A DNA stretch of 64,000 nt, taken from the NCBI GenBank assembly GCA_964658305.1, contig OZ210884.1:1984001-2048000 (forward strand), written 5' to 3'. Below the pieces are notes generated by a model that saw only the letters and a list, made by a program, of their open reading frames with translations, was not told the DNA's origin and ran no database searches. Of this stretch, positions 53,801-64,000 are shown in pieces. The position numbers were made by a program, and so were the translations under genes. The stretch is from Leptogorgia sarmentosa (Eukaryota). Position 1 is the stretch's first letter; each line of letters starts with the position of its first letter.

Positions 53801-56800
53801 GTATTGCCTTTGGTTTTTAACGCACAGACCTCGCTCCTTCGTCGCTCGGTCTGTACGAAAACCCTCAGGCAATACTTTCCCGCACAGACCTCGCACTCGG
53901 TTAATAAGTCCTTAATATTACACAGGAAGTGTTTGCATAACAAATACGATTTTTTGAGAGTTCCTTTATTTCTAATTTTATGTTGCAAATATGAATACTA
54001 TCGTCCGAATCAAGAACAAAAGTTGCAATTAAATAAAGCCAAACCAATTCACTCCTCTACAACCCCTTCCTAAGTAAAATTGGAATTTACCCCGCAAAAT
54101 CTGCGGGACACGTGACCAGCCCCGACCAGGGTCTTTCCTCTGCGGGGAGCGAGGATCAAGACCCTGGGAACGAGGTTGGTTCACGCTTGCACTCCTCTAC
54201 TTTTCTGTCACCACTATTTTTAGAAGTTTTTATTGCGTAATTGTTTTGAGACAGCATTACGTCATTGTCCTACGTTTGTCTCAATGATAATGATAATATA
54301 GTTCGCAACCAATTGAAATATTAATTACAAAAATCGTAACAACCATTTTATAGACTTACTGTTTATCAGAAATATAAAACCATTTCTGACACCGATAGAT
54401 GAATGCTTGGAGTTTGACATTTATTTTTTAGTAAAAATGTTTTGAACTACAATGGTGTAAACTTAACCAAAGCTTAACGTTATTTTTTCAGCCAACACTT
54501 GTTCGGTTAAAACAATATCAGGAATTTGCTGCCATTTTCCCTTTCTCTATAAAAACGTAAAGTATTACTCCTGTACAACGGATGGTACCCCTAGCCCTGG
54601 TACATTATGGTGTGGAACGTCAGCACAGGGCAAATCATTTGGTATATGTGAAACCAGTAAGTGATATTTCGTAATTAGAAAAAAAATTGATTGGAGTTGA
54701 CTAGGATAAAGCTGGATTCGACAACACGTCGTAGAAATCAATTGAAAATACTATACTTGTTTCAGTAGAATCAGACATAGAACACATAATATAATACTTC
54801 TGTAAAACTGTACAGAAGCGACCGATTATCATAAAACATAGGACGGCATGCACGAGCAGCACCATATTTCACGCAATATCATATCTGCAACTGCTTTGCT
54901 TCGACTACCATTGATAGAAAGATATCGGTAACAGTTGAATTAATATGAATATTGAAACCCTGAATTATGCGTATAATTGAGAAAGCCGAAAAATATTTGC
55001 CGACATGCACATGCAGTGCGATTATGGAAGCAAAATCTTTGTGAAATCAATAGTGAAAACTCAACATTTCTATGAAGTGATAGATATTCAGAAGAAGCAG
55101 AAATCAACTTTTGAATAAATTTTCATCGGATCCAAATAAAGAATATAACAATTATATACATGTTAATTACTCTAATTAACGGAGTCAGGAATCAATTAAC
55201 ATGATAATGAATGATAATATAGTTCGCAACCAATTGAAATATTAATTACAAAAATCGTAACAACCATTTTATAGACTTACTGTTTATCAGAAATACAAAA
55301 CCATTTCTGACACCGATAGATGAATGCTTGGAGTTTGACATTTATTTTTTAGTAAAAATGTTTTGAACTACAATGGTGTAAAGTTAACCAAAGCTTAACG
55401 TTTTTTTTTTCAGTCAAAACTTGTTCTGTTAAAACAAGATCAGGAAAATGTTGCCATTTTCCCTTTCTTTATAATAACGTAAAGTATTACTCCTGTACAA
55501 CGGTTGACTATGGTACAAGATTATGGTGTGGAACAGCAGCACAGGTCGGACCATGGGGTATATGTGTAAGCAGTAAGTGATATTTCTTAATTAGAAAAAA
55601 AATTGATTGGAGTTGACTAGGATAAAGCTGGATTCGACAACACGTCGTAGAAATCAATTGAAAATACTATACTTGTTTTGGTAGAATCAGACATGGAACA
55701 CATAATATAATACTTCTGTAAACTGTACAGAAGCGACCGATTATCATCAAACATAGGACGGCATGTACGAGCAGTACCATATTTCACGCAATATCATATC
55801 TGCAACTGCTTTGCTTCGACTACCATTGATAGAAAGATATCGATAACAGTTGAATTAATATGAATATTGAAACCCTGAATTATGCGTATAATTGAGAGAG
55901 CCGAAAAATATGTGCCGACATGCACATGCAGTGCGGTTATGGAAGCAATATAAGTAAAGGTAAACGCATAGTTGGGAGTAGTATATTTGAGGTTTTGGGA
56001 AAAATCACGAGTGCATATTATACCCAAATTTCACGAAAAACCATGCCATTACTTATTAATAATGTACAAGTAAAAGTATTTGAGACAATTGTAGTGTAAA
56101 CTTTATGTGTCTCAAACCGAAATTTCACTAGCAAAGTTTTCTTGCACGGTTTTTGCTTGTGAAAAGGGTTTTGAAAATTTACCCAAGCACCAAACTTTTG
56201 TTCGTCTTGTTTGAGATAAAGTTTTATCCGATTATAAGAAATAGGTGAAAGCCATATTTCGACCCGAAGACAATTTTTACTTTGTTAATTAGCGCGGCCG
56301 CCATGTTTGTTTTGTTTGAAACAATTTGTCGCTTGAGGTCTAATTTGATTGGTTCAAAGTGATTACAGAAAATGTCACTGTGATTACAGAGAATTGCACT
56401 GTGATTACAAAAATTGCACTGTGATTTTTGATTAACTGAAATGAACCAATCACAGTCGAGTGATACTTTTTTGTATATCATTACACATGAAACAATACAA
56501 TGTCTAATAGCTGTATTATCTGCCATCACAGACTACTCACACAATGTATTTTATGCTAGTATATATTATATTACATACAAATTATGCAAATGATACATCC
56601 ACAACTCCTCTTCATCTTATTTGTTTCTCATTTTCTTTTCAGGTGGGAGAAAAAGGAGATCATATCCAGGTAAATGTTTTTGAAAAACATATATGGGATC
56701 TTCTAACCAGCTATTGTTTTTGCTGACTAACTAATGATTTTCATTTCAAAATGTAAAAAACTGTTTCACGAAGAATGTGGAGAATAAGAATGTGATAAGA

Positions 56801-59800
56801 ATTTGTTTGTTTTTTTGCAACTGTTTCTATTGACCACAGTAATTCATTTGAAACGTGTCTAATAGTTGTCTTTGTGCAACACAATCTAATGCAAATAGAA
56901 TAGAAAAGCAACATGCCATTAATTCCTAATGCAAAAAAGAGTCCGCTGTGGTAGAGAACTGAAAAACATTTCGCTGCCGGGGTTTTTTTCATAAATAATA
57001 GCAAACAATTATTGAAAAAATAATGATTGAACTTCAGTTTTGTAAAACAATGCTTAACTTCCTGTGTTTGTTTTTAAGGACGTTTCCGTTTCCCCCTTTT
57101 GTTTGGTGACAGTACAGGAGCAACTGGAGGTAGCTATAGACTTTAACTTCTCACTTAAGAATAAGTTGGTCTACTACGTAATTAAGATAGACTAAAAGCA
57201 AAGCCATCATTTATGTATCCAAGAAAGAAAACCTTCATTTGCCTGCAAAATAGTACAACAAAAATCTGGTGGCCGTCATTATCTCTAACAAACTAAAATT
57301 TCTAAAAATCGTATATTTGTAATTTTTACACCGGTCTATGTTTGTTTTTTTGGGTTATTTATAGGAATATTCACTGCTGACCAACAACTGCAAGGCGACA
57401 CAACCAAGTACACCAGACAAAATGCAAATGGCGGCCGAAGTGGTTACGAATGTCCTGAAGAGCGGGATTACTATCCGTACTGGCATCCCACTGATTGGAC
57501 TGACATTGCAGTCTTTGCTCATAACGACAATATGTGCCAATATTACCAAAGAGAAAGTTTTAATGTCAAGCCTAAAGGTCAGTCCCTTTAAACTCTGCCG
57601 CGATGGTTAAGCTTCATTTTTTTAAACTGTTCATATAACCTAGCGAAAATGAGAAGAAACGTTTGCCTTATAATTTTACTGTACAAAGCGAAAACATCAG
57701 AATAGTAATTGACTTAAATCGTTTTCTGACACAATTTTGGACGGCAATATTAATTAATTAACATGCATACGAAATGACACCACTTTTAAATACAGCCAAG
57801 GTACAATAGCACAATTATCGAATTTGGTTTGCGTGATTATTCTGTTCCTCTGTCTTGATCTCGTGCGATGGTATAAAACACTTAACTATGTTTCGTAGTT
57901 AACTGTTAGCTAAACGCGCGTTTCTGATTAGTGAACTTCCGCACCTAACTATATATACATACTTTTAAATTACTTTTATACACAACTGAACCATGGTGTC
58001 GAAATTCAGATAAATCTTCGGCAGGTAGACCGATCATGCAGTTTCCCGGCAAGCACTATTCATAACGAAAGTTTGTACATGTATTTCTGCAGAGGAATGT
58101 CTTCAATACTACAGTTCAAAAGCGGACGGTTTCCGCCATGACTCGCCTATCAGCAACAAAGCGGAGTGCGAAAACAATGGAGGCTTCTGGGTTTCATTCA
58201 GCAATTATTTGGAAGAATCCCCCCAGTATCAAACAGAAGCAGCATGTAAAGCTGGCAATTCTACGGAAGTTCCTCTTATTTGGGCTATTCCCTATCGCTC
58301 GGAAGACATTGACAATTTGAAAATGGTTGGTAATGACGTTGGATCACTAAAACGATGCCTGGTTGCACTGGCTCCACCAGAATGTCGAAGAGCTCCATAC
58401 ACAAGATCAAATCATTTAGGGAATGCACGTGGTGTCGTTCCTGCACGTTACGATTGGGTTATTCCACATTTTCCGTCTGGTAATACACAAAGATGCGTGT
58501 TACGACTAAGGTTAGTTAGTGATAGAAACGTTCTGCTTCATGTTTAATGATAATCGATACTGTAAAAAATTTCAAACTTAATTTTACGACTAAATGTTGT
58601 GATAAATTTACAGCATTTTCAAATTGTTGAATATTATACCAACGAATTAGTTTGTTTGTTTTGTAAAAATTGCACGCTGCATATTGCAAACGGATTTTTA
58701 TTTGTTGTTAGCTATAGAGAAAAATTCCATACATTTTCAATTAATCCAAAGTGGCAAACAAGCCATTGCTTTTTTCAATGAAAATATTTAAAAAACTGAG
58801 CATGATGAAGAAACTGCCATATTAATTTGATACGATAGCTAACGTGTTGGTAAAGCTACAGAGAGTAATTTCTTATTCCATTTCTCCAGGTACAATATTT
58901 CCACCGGAGATTACCCGCCATTTAATACGTTCGGGGATAAAAACAATGATCCGTAAGTATGGTCGATTTCGTTGAGAATGCTTTCGTTCAAAGACTGTTT
59001 CACATTTTAAGTTAAGTTGAAGGCCAACACATGGTGGTGCATTTCGATTGGTGCGGTTTGTTTTTGAAAATTTGCTGATAAAAATGGAGGCGAGCTGGAA
59101 TTTCGCGAGGCGATATCCATGCTTTGCGTCGAGCAAGAAAATTTTAGGACATTTAGAACCTCTAAATCGCCGGAAACGGCAATTTCATGATCGCGTCAAA
59201 AGAAAATTTGTAAGAAAATGACGAGTTTTACGGAGTTTTTCGTTTAACATCTTACAAATTTAATACTTCAATTCTTAAAGTCTTTTCAATTAAGTTGTGA
59301 AACGATCTTCATTCCTCCAGTCAGGTTTACATTTAATATTGCGTGACGTTTTCTTCGTTTTGCCCGACGAGTGTTCCATTTCAAAAATTTGGGAGGGGGG
59401 AGGGGGGGGGGGGGGCGGAGACACTCTGACCAAATCCCGCCAGGATTTACACCCCTGATTATAGTGCCTTTTTATTAAAAAAATGGAAATTGAAACAATA
59501 ACTAGGCCTCGAGAGAATAAAGAACGAATCATTATCCGTGACCGTTCACTCAGCTAACCTTGCCCAAACGAAGTTGCTATAGTAACCGTTATCCTCAAAG
59601 ACGTTGTCTTTGTTTTTAGTGTTAATGGTGTAAAATCTCCTGTCGAAAACAACCCAACAGTGACAGTTGGCAAAGTTCAGATGGCATTAAAACTCGCCAT
59701 CAACACAGCTCAATTTGGACGCACATTTCAAGATCGATCACACTTGTTCAAACTCGTGTCCAGGCGTGACGCTGCATCAGATTCTGACGTCATCTATAAT

Positions 59801-60919
59801 CTGAACGTTCGAGGGAAACGTGGAAATATCGTACAGGCTTATCCCGCAGTCGAATACGACTTTATCCCTAAACGCTTAACAATTCCAAGTACAAGTTTGG
59901 TACATATCCAGTGGACAGGTAAGTCGCTACTAGTTTTGCCGTTATGAAAAATTGCTGATTTTTTTAGTACTACATAGGTATGCAGTAAATTTATGTATAA
60001 TTTGCTGCCGATTTCAAAATTTATTCTAAACTTACTGTTGATTAAAATTCTATACTGCTGATAACAAAACAATGGCCTCACGATGATTCATTTTTCAGGT
60101 TCAAACACCAACCCGAATGGCAATGCTGGTCAAGGGACTGCAGGTACGTGTAATTTATTGCGATTTATAAGTTGAACGTTTATTTAACCGGAAACCTTAA
60201 TCGGTCATCCCAATTCGTTTGATTGGTTAATTAAGGTCACGTGATATTGAATAGAAGGTTTCACTCCACGTTTTCAACACGCTTTTGGCACAGTGATCGC
60301 AGTGTGTTTACTCCGTTTATATTATTATAATTCTTGAAAAGCAATAGCCTATTTTGGTATTATAAAAAACAAAAAATGAATTTTTTATTCGCGCAATGCA
60401 AAGACTATTTTTTTTCTCGGTGATTTCACTCGCCTATCGGCTCGTTTAATAGAACATTTCATCTTCATCTTATGAAATATGGTTTACCATTTCACGAATA
60501 AACATTTTTTGTATGTAATGTACTAGTCGTATTTACCTTTGTGTAATCTTTACCCAGGTACCGATCGAAGCAATATTGTTGAAATGGTAGACCCCTCCGT
60601 AAATCATCCCTTAACCTCGAAACAACAATCAACGATGTTCACTAACGCGAAAATTATCTGGTCAAGCGACGCTGACACGAAGACCGGTGACGATCTTGCA
60701 ACGAGTATGGCTTCCGCTGGTTATTACGGCAGCGTGTCGCGTTTCAGCACAAAGACGACTCTTAATAATGAGTTGAACAACGCTCCAGCATCGTATCGTG
60801 GCATGCTATTGAAATTTCCACCCGGTGAATATTACTACATGTGCACAAGAAATAACAATTTCAGCAATCGTAATCAGAAGGGACGACTCACAGTGAAGAA
60901 TGCCCCAGCTGGGGCATAA
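47810..60919 (+). CDS. Secreted DD3-3-like protein with three inserted FN2 domains (complete, 15-16 coding exons)
   Basis: Manual GT-AG exon chain that keeps frame: 47810-47855, 48033-48151, 48726-48803, 51046-51223, 51659-51811, 51974-52192, 54492-54656, 55414-55572, 56643-56669, (57079-57129 tentative), 57365-57577, 58093-58510, 58890-58952, 59620-59918, 60099-60143, 60558-60919. Signal peptide [26 protein letters not shown]3-3 motifs: [137 protein letters not shown]. Confidence 0.9.
51974..52192 (+). CDS. FN2 domain exon 1 of right DD3-3 gene, with Thr/Pro-rich linker
   Basis: [73 protein letters not shown]; phase 1-1; not in the ORF track. Confidence 0.85.
52262..53060. mobile_element. 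Cluster of related hairpin-ended element fragments
   Basis: Two ttattgaccgag(t/c)gtgaggtctgtactgtgaaatatcagacc starts (about 52265 and 52575), the gaccgagcgacgaaggagcgaggtc hairpin, and a duplicated body. Confidence 0.65.
53208..53914 (-). mobile_element. About 690-bp hairpin-ended interspersed element, copy 3
   Basis: Reverse-complement copy of 5628-6313, in a non-homologous intron, with one extra 22-bp internal repeat. Confidence 0.85.
54492..54656 (+). CDS. FN2 domain exon 2 of right DD3-3 gene
   Basis: [55 protein letters not shown]; cag/gtaagt, 165 nt. Confidence 0.85.
55414..55572 (+). CDS. FN2 domain exon 3 of right DD3-3 gene
   Basis: [52 protein letters not shown]; cag/gtaagt, 159 nt. 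Confidence 0.85.
56643..56669 (+). CDS. 27-nt phase 1-1 micro-exon encoding GRKRRSYP (furin consensus)
   Basis: Strong polypyrimidine acceptor ttttcttttcag, donor cag|gtaaat, frame-preserving. Confidence 0.65.
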
Positions 60920-61904
60920 ACGTACTTGTTATTTTTGTATTGCAATAAGAAATCTTCTGCTTGCCTCTTTAATTTCATTTTTTGCAATATTGTTTGAAAA
61001 AGCCATGATTCATTACCGCTGATTTATTTAATTTCCTGTAAAAAAAGCTCGTTTTCAAAAATTGCAAATAGTAGGAATAATTTTTCAGAAAATCCTCTAA
61101 AAGCGACCAGAAAAAAACGAGAATAATGAGACAAGCGAGATTTTTAATTGTGCTTTGCCACATATACCAAGCGTACTCCATACTATCATTTAATTTGCAC
61201 TTAAATAATTACTTACTTTTATATTATAATCATCGTAGTAAACGTAAAATTAGCCGAGAATTACCGAGAACATAGCAGGGTCTGTAGTGATGAAGAAGCT
61301 TATTGAACCTTCGTTTAGGAACATTATACTACGCATTAGTTTAAATACACACAGTAACATTTTTCTAATAAATTCCATTTCGCACAAAAACTCTCTGACC
61401 GATTCTTTGTTTTTATTCAAGGAATATCTAACCACATTTTTGCGGATCATTTCCTTTCAACTTCTACTCCCCCTCCTCCCCCCCCCCCCCCCGGAAAAGA
61501 AAAAACATATCTCGTGTATAATGTATAATGTAGGATTTCCACTACTTATTTAAATGCGGCTTTCCTCTTGTAGGAAGGAAGATTGTACAATAATTATGCA
61601 CGAATGTTATTCACCCCTCAGTTCACAGTGCTTGCCACTATTGGAAAGAAATTTTCGTCCATTTTGGAAACCCTGGTAAAATGTGTAAACTATTAGCGTT
61701 TCTAATTGCAGCCCCATCAATAGTAATCTGACGACTACAGAAAAGTAAGCAGGAAATGAAACTGCTAATTTTTCCTTCAAAGATGAGAAATATGTTTGTA
61801 GCTAATAGTTGTTCAATTTATAATAATTGTTCAATTAGGGTTGCTCTGTCCTAACTGAACACTTTATCCTGTGGGAATTCATCATCAGTCCTGCGTACAT
61901 TCTA

Positions 61905-62060
61905 CAGCACAACACAACAAAACACCACACAAACACAACTTACACAACAAAACACAACAAAACACAACAAAACACAACAAAACACAACAAAACACAACAC
62001 AACAAAACACAACACAACAAAGCACAACACAACACAACAAAACACAGCACATCACAACAC
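61905..62060. repeat. (AACAC/AACAA)n microsatellite
   Basis: Read directly. Confidence 0.95.
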
Positions 62061-62758
62061 GACTGAAAGACTTCTTTTTCTCTTGCAAACGCACAAATTC
62101 CACTCAAATTCCGCTTTATATGATAAAGAAGCCTTATGAATTCTCTCTGACATGAATGACTTTTTCCTCATGCTCTGAATATTCCACAATATTTTTCTTC
62201 CATGAGCATGGGAATTTTAATAGCTTTTTAATCAAAAGAGTCTGGGAACGAGGAAATTTTCTTGTTGAATCGGATAAAATCAATGTTTTGGTATCAGTGT
62301 TTGAAAAGTTATGATTGGTGGCTCGCTAATAGGCCTTGCATCCCAATTAAACAACAGCAAGAAATTATTTTTTTTCAAGACGTGTTTGACGTTAAAACGA
62401 GGTCAGTTTACAAAATGAAGTTAATATTCATAATTATTATCATTAATAGGTAACGAAAGTGTTCCTATACATAGGAAGAATTCCGCATGTGACACTGAAA
62501 ATAAAGGCTAGAAAAATATATATTAATTAACCCGATATTTTTTCCCAAATATCGCAACGGATTCCAAATGAGAAAAAAATTCTTGTTTGGCGCTGCAAGC
62601 ACACTCTCTACCAAGTCTATTAGTCTATGTAAAGTAAATAAAAGGAATAAATTTTCCGATGTATTTGCCGGAAGGCAAAAAAAAGTGGATAAATATAAAA
62701 AGTTATAGAAGAATATCAATTTCATCTTCAACAATAAGTTATACACCCTAGCTAAACG

Positions 62759-63166
62759 CAGGTCCGTTACTAAGTGGGGTATTGGCGGGTGCAGCACCCC
62801 GCAAACATTTTGAAAATCGTGCTATTTGGAAAATTACCAATCCTACAGTATTCGGAAAATATGGAGGCAAACATTTTCTGAAAGATTACACATGTTGTAA
62901 GTTGTCAGAAATTGTGCACTCTTGCAGCTAGATTAGGTCGACTTGTGGCATGTCTATCTTGTAGCAAATATCTTTCGGTCAAATTCATTACGTAGATGCT
63001 ATGCTTAGTATAACTTACGCGTGCGCACTTACTCTTCTATATTTGTTTAATAAATATAGTTGGTAAAATTATGTGATACTATTGCGATTGCGTGATTAGA
63101 ACAGGGAAAATTATTAAAAAAGTAGGGTCCCCCCCCCCCAATACCTATATGCTAGTTACCGACCTG
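62759..63166. mobile_element. hAT-type MITE
   Basis: caggtccgttacta / tagttaccgacctg ends; target duplication gctaaacg / cctaaacg (7 of 8 match). Confidence 0.7.
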
Positions 63167-64000
63167 CCTAAACGATGCATTAAGATTTGCCACTTGGAGT
63201 AATGCGCAATGGGACGCAGGCTACACGTATAGGGCTTGCTCTAAATGCTAAATTTCATTCGCTATACGTGAAGTAACAGCACAGCCAACTGGCATGAACC
63301 CATCCATTTTCTTGCTCAAATCATTTCACCCCTGACATTGATGTCGGCAACTACATTTTGGAGCTCTGCCAAACGAATTCCTTATGAATAAGTTCAATTG
63401 TTTTACAATCAATTTTCTTTTCAATATATTTCAAATTTGAATTACCGCGATAATTTGGATATAGCTACACTCGCCGCGCCAATGAAAGCTACAATTACGA
63501 CTCATGCAGAACACGAGCATGTCTCAACCAACACTTTCTATACACAGTCAAACCAAAGGCATTTTGAGAGACCAGAGACATAACTTTTCGAAAGTAAACC
63601 TTGCGTTGAGAATTCAATTTCTTGAATATATTTATTAAGAAGCTATACAATTAATTGCAAAAGTGCATTCGAATTAGTAAGAACATCATGGAAACAAATA
63701 TAGTGCCTGCAACACTTGCTGTTCATGCACTGTTCGGGATTTATTAGGTGCAGACCAAAAAATAACTATCAATCTAACGATCAAATACCTTTAGAAAAAG
63801 AAAGTATAACAAATACAATTAGATGGTGAGTATATATAGTGCAAAAATAGGCTTGTTATATTGCCTAGAGTACAATTAGAAATCTTGCTTGCTTCTTCCT
63901 TCTTCCTTCTCGCGAAATCGAAGTTGAAAAATTTTGGTGAAGAAGTTCAATTTTTACTATATCGCCGGTCATCTATAAACATCTTTGCCATTAACTCTTT

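Larger units (their letters stand above)
54283..55948 (+). repeat. Tandem duplication (about 920-bp period) containing FN2 exons 2 and 3
   Basis: About 54283-55032 is repeated at about 55205-55948; the exon starts are offset by 922. Confidence 0.92.
1..56170. repeat. Large diverged inverted segmental duplication, axis near 31.4 kb
   Basis: Collinear mirrored blocks: 1-110/56050-56170, 3230-5490/51000-51970, 9200-9950/47755-48810, 11230-12290/45860-46790, 13050-14640/44690-45820, 25450-26030/43890-44470, 26430-27830/41620-43360, 28497-30590/32240-34449. Confidence 0.88.

Noticed and set aside
61871..62155. Q/N/T-rich and C/V/L-rich ORFs
   Set aside because: Translations of the AACAC/AACAA microsatellite.

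Overview
AT-rich, intron-containing animal DNA, most likely a marine invertebrate and plausibly a cnidarian (inferred from gene and repeat content). Most of the window is one old, diverged inverted duplication with its axis near 31.4 kb. Each arm carries a multi-exon gene for a secreted DD3-3-family protein, transcribed outward. The + copy is complete (47810-60919, about 850-865 aa by my manual exon chain). The - copy is 3'-partial (9894 down to 613, running off the window). In both, the DD3-3 sequence is interrupted at one phase-1 intron by a tandem array of fibronectin type II (FN2) exons. These exons appear to have been amplified separately in each copy and diverge faster than their own introns. 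In the complete copy they are bracketed by multibasic protease-type motifs. Between the genes lie a palindromised Tc1 derivative, a foldback element with a KDZ-type CxC gene remnant, many MITEs and hairpin-ended Crypton-like elements, a truncated LIM-domain gene, and other gene relics. All family assignments come from motif recognition by eye; no database searches were run.
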